This document shows positions 40,240 to 53,308 of a stretch of DNA of 64,000 bases, one piece after another. The stretch comes from Octopus sinensis (taxonomy: Eukaryota), in NCBI RefSeq assembly GCF_006345805.1, contig NW_021834194.1, positions 1-64,000 of the forward strand, given 5' to 3'. The first letter of the stretch is position 1. Each line of letters starts with the position of its first letter. The notes below the pieces were generated by a model. It did not search any database and was not told where the DNA came from. It was given only the letters and a program-made list of their open reading frames with translations. Both the position numbers and the translations under genes were made by a program.

Positions 40240-41040
40240 ACGCTACCCTTAGGCACTGCTCCAGGTCCAGGTCGGGGCCCCGGAATGAAAATCTGAACAT
40301 ATGCTTAGAGAAGGCGCCCATCACCCTTAACATACCAACATCCGATACGACCTTGGTAGTCACTTGCGAAGGCCAATCCACGTCCACTGTCCAGGCCATG
40401 GGCTCCTCTCTCCGGTCATCCAGCTTCTTACGAAGCTCTGTAACGCCCCTTCCTTCTGGAGGAAGATGACAAAATCATCTTTCCTCCTTCTTGGAGGGGG
40501 CCGCTGTTTCCTCTGTCGGTGGCACACATCCCACCGACAAAGTTTCTGGGCATGCCTGCAGTTCACCATCGACCGCCAGCAATGTCCCATTTTTCTTCTT
40601 TTTCCATTTCCGCTTTTCCTTTACGACGCGAGGTTGGAGTTCCTCCGTCTTGTCTGGAAGTCCTTCCATTCCTCCCGCCGCCTCAGGATCCATTGATGGG
40701 TAACCATTGTTGCCCACCTTCTTTCTTTTTCTCCCTTTCTTTTTCGATGGGGTTGCCTCCCCCTTGACTTCCTCACTCTCTTCCTCCCCCTCCAATGGGG
40801 GAGCAGGGGGCTCTTCTATTATCTGCTCCAGGACCTTTGCTAGGAACCGGTGGCAGTTTTTTATATGGCCCAATTCCAGGCACAGGTGACACTTGAGGTA
40901 AGGGGGCGTCCCTCAAGGATCACCTGGTACCTGGAACCGACCATTGTTAAAAAATCTGGCAAAACCAGATCCTCTGCTGATTGGGTCCATAGGGTCAAAA
41001 TTGATTTTGACCCGACCCAATCAGCCGCAGGCAGAATTCT
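40240..41040 (-). mobile_element. Non-LTR retrotransposon ORF1/gag-like fragment with a zinc knuckle
   Basis: LPDFLTMVGSRYQVILEGRP frameshifts into KCHLCLELGHIKNC, followed by an acidic/basic low-complexity tail. Confidence 0.55.
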
Positions 41041-41421
41041 GACATTTCCGAAGGTTTTTCTAAAATTATACGCTAGTTCTCCTCTAGGGGTAGCATCAAT
41101 GAACATGATGCTTTGGTATGTTTGGCCATCATACCATGAGCTGGCCTTCCCTATCTTCCTCTTTGTCCCTTCTATACTATTCAATGATTTATTCCTGTAT
41201 AGCAGGCAGATCCCATTTGCATCATTCTCTATGATGGTCTTGAGTTTTGTCATGGCCCCTTTGTCCACCCTGATCCCTTCTCTTTGACTGTTCCTAGAGA
41301 ACTGCAAGCAGGAGATGAAGTGCTGTATGCGTCTCTTCAATTCCGTTGGGTCATACATTTAGGACTCCTTTCTCATCACCCTTATCAAGTCCGTTATCAG
41401 GATATTGAACTTAGTATCATC

Positions 41422-41435
<14 letters not shown>
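41040..41435 (-). mobile_element. Penelope-like RT C-terminal fragment
   Basis: TKFNILITDLIRVMR and SWYDGQTYQSIMFIDATPRGEL resemble the 24.3-24.6 kb PLE fragment. Confidence 0.6.
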
Positions 41436-42895
<1,460 letters not shown>

Positions 42896-42924
42896 ATATA
42901 TGTACATACATATATATATATATA

Positions 42925-42964
<40 letters not shown>

Positions 42965-42974
42965 TACATAATAT

Positions 42975-43555
42975 ACTTGACTTTGACTTTTTTGACTTTG
43001 ACCGACCAGTCCGTCAGGCGTCCATTTGACACCGCTGGTCACAGCACGCTGTTCACTCCTCTCTGGATCGCGCCTTTCTCATCCACGCGATCCCAATAGT
43101 CCTCTTGAAATCGTCACTCCACCGTCGTGGAAGTCTTCCGGGTGGTCTTTTCCGCTCACGCGGGTACCACTCGACAACTGCGTGCGTCCACCGATTATCG
43201 GTGAGCCGGGTGACGTGTCCAGCCCATCTATACTTGCTGCGAGTATACCTTGCGATGACATCTCTCACGCCGGACTTCTTTCTGATGATGTTGCTACTTT
43301 TCTCTGCATGTCTCGAACAGATCATCAGAGGCATCGAATGGCAAGGTGGTGTCAACATCAATGGCGAGCTCCTCACTCACCTCCGTTTCGCTGACGACAT
43401 CGTACTCATCGCTGAAAACATGGATCAGCTTCAGACCATGCTGACGGAGCTCGACATCAAAAGTTCTGCTGTAGGTCTCAAGATGAACCGCATGAAAACA
43501 AAGTTCATGCGGTCAGACAACGTACAAACAGGTCGAATGGTGATCGGCAGTGATA
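42975..43555. mobile_element. RTE-clade LINE with a 5' inversion
   Basis: The minus strand carries RWAGHV...RPPGR..RRWSD plus a (GTCAAA)n tail (42975-43290). The plus strand carries LFSACLE...HLRFADDIVL...GLKMNRMKTK (43295-43555). Confidence 0.85.
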
Positions 43556-43564
43556 AATATATAT

Positions 43565-43598
<34 letters not shown>

Positions 43599-44278
43599 CA
43601 AAAATAAATATAAGAGAGTGGTCACTATATGGCTCACAGTGAGCCTATAGTGACCACTCTCTTATATTTATTTTTGTATAAAATATTATAATATATTACA
43701 AAATATTATAATAATCCAGGTTTCTCGGAGCACTGGGCCACTTGGTGTTGAATAGATATACTATTAAATTAGTATCTAATTCTCTCACCCTTATTAATTA
43801 ATTATATATATATATACTTTATTTAAAGCAGCAGAAAATTCAACAAAATTCTGCTGCTTTAAATAAAGCATATTACTCTACCACTGGTATTTGAGTACTC
43901 TTTTTTCCACCTTGTTTCACATTTATGTGTTTACTCCGGTATATATATACATGGTATTATTCCAAAGGAATAAATGGGGTAAAATGCAATCTTCTCATCA
44001 GGAAAGAAAGGGAGCCTATCTCAACAACAAGACATTATAACAATTACGATGACTGCTTAAATGATAAACAGAACGTTATTAAGTAGTTAAAAAAACCGTT
44101 GGTAGATTCGACGTCAAAGGCAGATAGTAGGAAGAGAAGGGTTAAAGAAATAATAAGTAGAGAACAAATAAAGGGGGATACGTTGGTTGAAAAAATGTTC
44201 GAAGGCTTAGAAGTAGATTTCTCTATTGAAGTAAAGTGCAAGTTAAACTAACTGTTCAAACTATAAAGACTGGTAAAA

Positions 44279-44712
44279 TCACATATATGAGCTAAAGGTA
44301 TGTTTCTGCCGGTGTTTACATTTGTAAGATCGCTTTATGAGTGTGTAAACAAGGTGATTCTTAGAGAAGAGAATATGGAAGAGTTCAGAGTTGCAAATGT
44401 TACAAAATCCCTTGCCCTTATCGTAAGGAAAAGATACGGACAGGATGAACCAATCTAACTTAAAATCATTATTGTTGTCTTTAAGATGCCAAACCAATTT
44501 ACTTAGCCCTGTACTATGGCGTTTTCTGCTATCCCTAAGTGATGAATAATGATTTGAAGTTCTCTTGGATAACTGGGAAGTTGATGCACCTATATAGAAG
44601 AAGACATCGGTACCGGAAGAAATTTTACACTGGTATATAGAATTCTTGATCTTAGAATCATTAGACATAAATTTAATTCTGTTGGGTTTGTCCTCAGAGA
44701 TCAAAACCATGT
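44279..44712 (-). mobile_element. Penelope-like GIY-YIG endonuclease fragment
   Basis: SIYQCKIS...FYIGAS...KR..NH..S...STGLSKLVWHLKD...CNICNSE. Confidence 0.8.
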
Positions 44713-45256
44713 TTTTATTGCTATTATTATTATTATTATTATTATTTTATTATTATTATTATTATTATTATCATTATTATTATAATGCTTGTGTTTCCTG
44801 TCGGCATGGGTTAGATGAATCCAGGGTCTGCTTTAGAATGTCTTCTGCTGCTGGATACCCGTCCTAATGCCACTCGCTTTACAAAGGGTGCTGTGTGCCT
44901 TAGCATCAACTCTGGTGAGGCTGGCATGTAACTTGCAAGACTGCGAGCCATGAGAAGAGGCTTTATGCTAGATGCGGGGCTAAAATCTGAAAGAAGGGGG
45001 TCTGGACAAGTTTGTCGCTGTAGAGGTGCCAATGGCTACTCACAGAGGGAGAAGAAGGAGAGGAAGAAGAACGAAGCTTTTGTGAAACATCTTACCACAG
45101 CCTGGTGGGATTGTTGAACCTGTGAATCATAGAGTTGTCTCTTAGCCTGTAATAGAGGAGAATAGAGGCGAGTTAGATGCGTCTCTTCTTTACTCTAGGT
45201 CTCTGATTATATACACATACGTGTGTGTGTGTGTGTAAATATATATGTGTGTATAT

Positions 45257-45402
45257 AAAATTATAATTAGGGATATCTAAGAGATACCACTGTGCTAGAG
45301 ATAGCAGTCAAAATTTGACTCTAAAACCACTGGTTTAAAATCAAGTATTGACTGCTATCTCTAGCATGGTGGTATCTCTTAGATACCCTTAATTATAATT
45401 TT
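45257..45402. mobile_element. Small MITE-like hairpin (~55-bp arms)
   Basis: AAAATTATAATTAGGGATATCTAAGAGATACCAC... is inverted as ...GTGGTATCTCTTAGATACCCTTAATTATAATTTT. Confidence 0.65.
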
Positions 45403-47522
45403 AACAACAATTAATATCTATAAGGTTTTTATTCCCATGCTGGCCACCTGATATGGTCAGTATTTTAAATAACAATCTCATCCTTATAAATATATATATA
45501 TATATATACATTGTACATACAAATAAGAGGAAGATATTTTTACAGATGCAGAGTTGCTGTCAGAACGGCAGGAATATTGGGTAAATTATGCTTATAAGGC
45601 ACGAAAATTTGTCAACAAGCAGCCCTGGGACTCAAGGAAGAGACAATCATTTTCTGAACTTGTTTGTCTAACAGCTGTTTCTGTCCTTTAGATGCAATGC
45701 ACACAACACTGAAAGAGGCATGCACTGCATCGTACAGCAGAAACCGGTGTAAGCCAAACAAAATCATTACATAATTCTCTATTCCTCTCTCATCTCAGTT
45801 TCATATATATTCATCATCGCCATCATCGTCATCATCGTTTTAACATCACTATTTCCATGCTTTCGTGGGTTGGATAGAATTTATAAATTATTCCTGTGGC
45901 CAGAAGCCATTCCATTTGCCAGCTCCTGTCAGACCATCCAACGCTCGGATAAAATGGAAAAGTCTTTTACATTTTGAGCCTATGCTCTTCACCAGAGAGG
46001 ATTAAGAGGAAATAATAAGAGGGGGAATGAAAAAGGAGAAAGAATGAAAAAGAAGGAAAATGAAAGAAACTAGTAGAGTTCAGCAGTCCAACATGGTGGC
46101 ATGTAATATTGGGACATTGTTTCACACACTAACACCTACTTGTTCCTCAAATAAGGGGTCACTTTCCCCCACACATGTATCAGGAGAATTGCTTACAACA
46201 AATATGTATGATTATAACAAAGGATAAATAAGTGAGAAAGTCCTTTTTAGAATTGTTTAATCAAAAATTGAACTCATGTACATTACTCTATTGTGATGAT
46301 GATGATGATGATGATGTGCAAGCATTGATATAGGAGGTGAGTGGTGGTGGAGTGGGAGAAGAGCAGAAGGGGGCGGAGTAATGTGAATGGAATAGGGAAG
46401 GAGAGGGGGAGAGAAGGAGGAAGAAGCAGAGATTGGATGGTCTGTCGATAGGACAAGTTCTCATAGGAGTTACATGGGTGTGTTGTTGAGAGAGGGGTGG
46501 GGTAAGGGGGAGGAGACATTGTTAGCGAAGGAGGCGTAGTGGGAAGACAATTGAAAAGCAGTGTGTTGGGAAGAGAGAGAGGGCTGAGGGGGGAAGGTTG
46601 AGGAGAAAGAGGCGTGGTGCACCTTCCTTTTCAATATGGGTGGGTATTGAGGGGTAAGCGGAAGGCAGTGTTGAGGGGCGGAGGTGAGGAGGGAGGAGCT
46701 GCAGTGCCACCCTATGGGTGGGTAAAGTGGGGTGGAGGAGAGACCAATAGGTAGAAACAACACTACATATCATTCTGATTTATTCTCCTCCCGCAACCAC
46801 TCCGCTATCTCACCTCACCCCCTCTCCATTTCCTTCAATCGAACCCCTCCCACCCCCGTTTTTTACCACCTGTTACACCCACCCACCCGCATCACATCTT
46901 ATGAAAGCATTCCCTCTCTCCTCCCATGACCCACTCTCCATATCCTTGTACCTTGACTGTTTGCTTCGGCACCCCATCACATCTTTTCTTTATCTTCTCA
47001 TCTGCTCCTGCCCATCCCTATATATAAAAAGGGGTTAGCCATGTATTTCCTCTATAACATCTCTTGTCCCTCTATCTTACTTCAGCCTTTCAACATTCAG
47101 CATAAACCCTAACCCCTCTCAAATACTTGCCATTTAGCCTAGGCAAGATTTAGTGGTTTGCCCTATCTCAGAGGACTAGACTTTCAACAGCAGATGAGAT
47201 GGACCCATCCATTACAACGACAACAACAACAACATGGAAAATGGAAAATGGGAGTAGAATGAGGAGGATGGTGATGGTGTGAGGGTCAGATCTAATTGTT
47301 TGCCTCACTTCATCATCACCTTCCATGCTGGCATGGGTGGGACGATTTGACAGGAGCTGGCCAGGCGGAAGCCTGCATCAGACTTCTCTGTCTGTTTTGG
47401 CAGGGATTTTACAGCTGGACGCCTTACCTAACACCAATCACTCAGCAGAGTGGTCAATACATTTCATATCGATCTAAGTTAGGCTCTACTACTACAACAA
47501 CAACAACAGCAACAACACTCAC

Positions 47523-47695
47523 CTGTAGCAGGAAGTTTGATGTTTTCATCAAGACCAATTTTGTAAGCAAACTTTTCATCCGTCTGCTTTCGTTTGCTGC
47601 CCCCCTGGGACAGGTGTCTCTTCCAGACATGCATCAAGACCAATGTCCATAGATGGCTGACCACTAATATAAGGACATGCAGCACAGTGGTGACA
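47523..47695 (-). other. Candidate 173-bp exon of an unassigned transcript
   Basis: It has a long polypyrimidine tract plus TTCAG| acceptor and a consensus CAG|GTGAGT donor. One frame is open throughout. Confidence 0.45.
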
Positions 47696-48144
47696 CTGAA
47701 GGATAAGAGAGAGAGAGAAAAAGAGAAAAAGAGAAAGAGAGATCATAATCATCACCACCAACACCATCATCATCAACGGTCAGTATGGTGTTGAGTCACT
47801 TGACCAATGAAGCACATGCAATAGATCATGTGAGTCAGAGCTAATCTGGAGCTGCAACCCATCATCATCATCATCATCAGAGATACAAGACCATTAAATA
47901 AGAACTTTACAGACAGAAACACATGCATATATGTATGTGTGTATATGTGTGTACATGTTTGTGTGTCTGTGTTTGTCCCCACAACATCGCTTGACAACCG
48001 ATGCTGGTGTGTTTACTTACCCGTAACTTAACCGTTCGGCAAAAGAGACCTAGACTTACAAAGAATAAGTCCTGGGGTCGATTTGCTCGACTAAAGGCGG
48101 TGCTCCAGCATAGCCACAGTCAAATGACTGAAACAAGTAAAAGA

Positions 48145-48200
<56 letters not shown>

Positions 48201-48444
48201 TATATATATGCCTGTGCGTGTATGTTGTGTGTCTGTGCTTGTCCCCCAACATCGCTTGACAACCGATGCTGGTGTGTTTATGTCCCCGTAACTTAGCGGT
48301 TCTACAAAAGACACCGATAGAATAAGTACTAGACTTACAAAGAATAAGTCCTGGGGTCGATTTGCTCGACTAAAGGCCGTGCCCCAGCAAGGCCACAGTC
48401 CAATGACTGAATTGAGTAATGAGTAAAGAGTAAAGAGGAAGCAA

Positions 48445-49394
48445 AATGTCTTTAATATTAACATCATTACTATTATCATTACCACTATTGCTACTAATAT
48501 CCTTATTATTATTATTAATTACACTAATACTAGCAAAACAATATATGCATCACGCGGTTAGCAACATAATAGGAAAAACAAGAACAACAATAATACTACA
48601 GTACCATGCAAGCCATTAAAGATCTGCATATACATATAAAATGAAAAATAAAAGCATTTGGTTTACATGATATTAAGTACTACAGGTGTATAAATGTACT
48701 TGCGAGTGCAGTCTATAAGTTCACTGCAATGGTAATGATAATAGTAATGATGTTAATGTTAATGACATTTTGTAAATTAATATAACGTACTCTTGACTTT
48801 GTATATCTGCATTTGAGTATCAATATGTGTATGTTTTCTATATTGTAATATCATAATATTAAGTTGAAAAACTGTAACATTGAATATGGAACGTATGTAT
48901 GTATATTGATTTATATTATTATGTATATGTATATATATGTGTATAGGAGTATGAGTATATGCACTCATATGTATGCGTATATGATATATTATAGGTATGT
49001 ACCCACCCTTGTATGGGTGTACCTCCTCTGATATTCATATTTAATTTAGTTTGTATTTCATAATCTCCGAAGAGGCCTTGGGATATTTTTGTAAGTGTCC
49101 CATTTATAACTACATATTGACCTATCACACATGGCTAATATAAGCAAAACGAGACACTCATATCTGCAGGGCTGAAACAGCTGTAAGATGTAGTTTTTAT
49201 TTATATTTATATTTATTTATATTCACTTATACATACTGTACTTATTGTATCATATTACTCCTTCATGTACACTGTTTTGTTCTATATTATTGTTTGACCT
49301 TAATGTTCATATGTAGTGGTTTAATAAATTATGTGATTGGGTATTATCCGGTAGTTGATAATTGATTTAGATGTATTTCTCCATTTTCTTATTT

Positions 49395-49399
<5 letters not shown>
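48445..49399. mobile_element. Third, diverged copy of the 7862-9168 element with an internal inversion
   Basis: 48445-48727 matches 8500-8775 in + orientation. 48728-49399 matches 10267-10935. Confidence 0.85.
49063..49189 (+). ncRNA. Hammerhead-like motif with extended stem II, diverged third copy
   Basis: ATCT-CCGAAGA-GGCCTTG...CAGGGCT-GAAAC-AGCT-GTA^AGAT. Confidence 0.55.
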
Positions 49400-49454
<55 letters not shown>

Positions 49455-49771
49455 TGTGTGTGTGTGTGTGTGTGTCTTGCAAACAATATATATGGAGGCG
49501 CAATGGCCCAGTGGTTAGGGCAGCGGACTCGCGGTTGTAGGATCGCGGTTTCGATTCCCAGACCGGGCGTTGTGAGTGTTAATTGAGAGAGAACACCTAA
49601 AGCTCCTCCAGGCTCCGGCAGGGGGATGGGGTGGCAATCCCTGCTGTACTCTTTCGCCACAACTTTCTCTCACTCTTTCTTAGCCAGCGGGGTGACGTTA
49701 TTTGAAGTCTAAAACAATGCGAAGCGCGTTGTGACCAGCGATGTGTAGCAACATCTGATAACCTGGTCAAA

Positions 49772-49813
<42 letters not shown>

Positions 49814-49832
49814 GGGAAATGGTGGGGGTTTC

Positions 49833-49870
<38 letters not shown>

Positions 49871-49962
49871 TAATCCAAACAAGAAGACAAAAAGACAACA
49901 ACGCGAGGATGTGGAACAAATAAAGTATTATTGGACGCTCAGGAAAGAACGGAAGAAGGAGG

Positions 49963-49997
49963 GTTTAAGGTTTCGAGCGGAGCTCTTCGTCGGAAAC
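49963..49997 (-). ncRNA. Minimal hammerhead-like motif (decayed)
   Basis: GTTT-CCGACGA-A-GAGC-TCC-GCTC-GAAAC-CTT^AAAC. Stems I and II are perfect, but the G16.2 position is C. Confidence 0.45.
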
Positions 49998-50551
49998 ATA
50001 TGAGAAAGAAAGATCCCGACACGGGAGGACAGAGGAAAAAAAATTGCAGGTGGTATTCACGAGGTCACATGCTAAAAAGACGGAAGTGGTAAAAATGGAG
50101 GAAAATGTTTTTAAAAACCAGAGAGCTATATCAATGAAGGAATGGTAAAAAAAGGTGTGCGAGATGACAAGTGTGTGTGTGTGAGTGTGTGCGTGTATGT
50201 GTGTGTGTGTGTATGGTGGACAATGGCTAGTAGCAGGCATTAGTAGAATTAAGGAGTGGTGTGGGGATACCCTAGCAAGTCAGAAAGGCAGGTCAGAAAC
50301 AGGGAGGTATGTGTGTGTGCGTGTATATGTATCGTGTGTGTGTTTTGTTGTAGTATGTGTGTATGTACGTGTACGTTTTTTTGTGTGTATGGCGAGTAAC
50401 TGTGCTTAACTTAGTGTATGTGTGCATGTGTGCTTGCACCTGCGTGTTAGTGTATATATACGTATGTATAATTGTGTGCGTGTATGTATGTGTGTGCGTG
50501 TATGTATGGTTGTGTGCTGTGTGGGATGTATGTGTGGGTTCATTTGTGGGT

Positions 50552-50873
50552 TCAGCTTGATTAATCTGAACTGATCGATGATTTCACGAAGCGAAAAGTG
50601 CGCCGTGTTTGTCTTTGAAAGTTACCTGGATTATAAAAGTGCCCTTTTATTCATACCTGGAAGTTTTACTGATTGAAATGTGTAACAGATCTGAATAAAT
50701 TTAACTTTTCGTGTTTTTTAAAGATGTTCTTTAGGGTAACGCGAGATATTTAACAATGAATTTTGATTGAAGGGATGGGACCTCGAAACAAAATGTTGCA
50801 GGGGGTGGCCTCTAAAAGTCATGCAACGGAACTTTAGCTAGCGATATAAATGTACGTGTATATATATATGTGT

Positions 50874-50925
<52 letters not shown>

Positions 50926-53173
50926 GTGTGTGTGTAAACATCAATGTTAATGTCGAAGGTGCCTCGAAACACACACGCACATACACACCGGAACGGCACG
51001 CATACCAGTATGGAAGGGAGGTAATTTTATACATATATTCTTAGAGTGATTTCCCCTGGCAATAAGATTTCCTGCCTCGTAACCTTGCACGGAATAATTT
51101 TTCCTCTCGTTCTGACAGTGTCTTTCTGTGTTTCTTTTTATTATTTCCAATCTTAAACAAATAATAATGATCCCCTCCTACATGCTGTGTATCAGTGTGA
51201 TTATATGAAACCCCATCTTTTGATAAGCTTTCCAAATTAATAAATTTATGGAATAATAAATGTGTGATTATATTGAAATGAGATTTACCGCATTTGTCAG
51301 GTTAAGAACAGTTTCATCTCCAGCTTAGTCGATATGTGGTCGGTTGAGCTGAAAATATGCACACCCATGTTAAAAGTGCTGGCGAGTTTGCATGGCAACT
51401 ATTTTTTCTCCTCAAATGAAAGGCGTGACCTCTAGGACAAAATTCCTCATCTTATAAAATGTGGCCCGAGTAGACCCGAATGAAATCGGGGGTTATATTA
51501 ACCAAAATGTGTTGCCGTCCATGATGAAGAAGTTTTGAATGCTTGCCATGGTGAGTGTACTGTCGTGAGAAAAAATCACTCCAAAACTTGGTGTTAAGGA
51601 ATTTTCTTTTACATCAAGTTCAAAATTTTACGCCAGCCGTTAAACTGCCACTACGTTGCAGTCGGTCGTTAAGAAATGCCAGCCATGGTGACTCTACTAT
51701 CCTCAAATTCTATCCCTTCAAACTTTGGTTTCCAATATTTTTGTTTTATTCAGCTCGCAAGTTCGTCTGTCCCTTTTAAACGTTAGTGTTTTGCTGTTTG
51801 CCTTGAAGCAGACCTTTCCGTTGTCACTGCCTGATATTTATGATTGATCTTTCAAAATATAATTTTTCTCAAGGAAAAATAAATTATTTTGGTTAATTAT
51901 TTCCCCGTTATCAGTGAATAATTTAGCTTTCTTGTTTTTGTAAATTATTAATATAGAAGATGTAGACATAGGCAGTATAGTCTTTTAAACTGGGGTTATG
52001 TAGCTGGTGGTGGTATGACAGTTTGGGCCAAAAGTCTTTATTTATTTGAATACCATGTGGTTTGCCGCAATAATCTGTTACCAAAATGGTATCTTTACCA
52101 ACAGAAATAGAGTGACATTTCCTGCCAATGTCCCTCCTTGTCACACCACCTTTAGCTGAAATCCTATAAATTATTTGTCCCTGGAGGACATAGAAATAAT
52201 TTTGGTAGAGAGATATTACTTGGGAGGTGCAGAGAATGGGTCTCTACCTCCCATAACTGTTGGCCATCCAGTTTGTAACAGATTACTCTGTTGATGCTGG
52301 TGAATGCAATTAAAAGTATATTCTGAACCCCTACAGCAATATCTGTAGGTGTTTCTTTGGTAATAAATTGATAGTTAATTGTATTATCCTCCCAATCAAA
52401 TTGGTAAACTGTCTTACCAAATATTTCTACACCTATAAGTGTAGAATCTTCCAAGTAACTCACCATATGTAACCCCAACTGTATCCTTTTGATCTTGAAG
52501 GTTTTAGGGCTGATAATAAGAATCATTTCTTGGAAGGGGAGGGTTGTCAGAACCATGTCTTCTCTGATTCTGGTGAAACTGGTCACAGAAGATGGACAAT
52601 GGACATCATTTCTGTCACTGTCTCTTGTTACTAAACTTATTGTCTTATAATGGTGGGAGTATGTCATCACTCCCTCCTCATGATGACAATATTGGATATT
52701 GTGCTTTCCTGAAATTCTTCTCCAGATTCCTCGATATTTGCTTCTCTGGTCACAACTGGCTAAAGTGGCCGACATTTTGTGGTTATTTTTGGTGGATCAA
52801 TGGTTTTGTGTTTGTCTTGTAGAATATTTCTTTGTAAATAGTGTTCCAGGAACAATTCTAATTTTTCCAAACATAAGAAATTCTTGATTGTAATCGTTTT
52901 TTTAATGTCTTTCATCAGAATTTCTATTCTCTGTGTAAAATCTTTTAGAAAAGTATTTTTATCCATTCCTATTCTTTTTAAAAAAGTACATATTTCTTTC
53001 CAAGAATTTATCAACAAATTAATTTTGTCCTCATAGGCATTGAATCTTGTATAAAATATATGTTTGTCAAAACTATTTCGTCTTCTCATTATTTCCATCT
53101 TTTTATGGTCTCCTTTATGTCTTTTTTGTTTTGTTGTTGGCTGAGATGAAGCCCGTTTATCGGACATTTCTAT
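50552..53173. repeat. Segmental duplication copy B
   Basis: It matches 15892-18656 in the same orientation, offset by about 34.66 kb. Confidence 0.95.
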
Positions 53174-53308
53174 CCTTGAACCGTCATCTCTCTCATATTT
53201 ACCCCTTTTATAGTCAACTCCTTCTTCATCCCATTTTGGTGTCGAGTTCCTTAAAGCTCTTTTCTGAGGGATAAGTTTCCTTAAAGTATTTTCTCTTGGG
53301 TCTTCCAT
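51838..53308 (-). pseudogene. Frameshifted coiled-coil + beta-propeller-like (TRIM/NHL-like) ORF, copy B
   Basis: A strong acceptor (TTTTCTTTATATTTCTTTACAG| at 53316) lies 7 nt before the ATG. ORF pieces 53308-52760, 52775-52164 and 52144-51923 include repeat-like strands (ITKETPTDIAVGVQNILLIA, HSISVGKDTILVTD). There is a TAG at RPL* and two apparent frameshifts. The family assignment is by eye only. Confidence 0.5.

Noticed and set aside
43105-43650. 181-aa ORF as a gene
   Set aside because: It is an artefact of an inverted RTE junction: antisense C-terminus plus sense RT fragment plus microsatellite.
46330-47000. G-rich to C-rich strand switch as another palindrome
   Set aside because: The composition flips near 46750, but I could not align the two sides as inverted copies.
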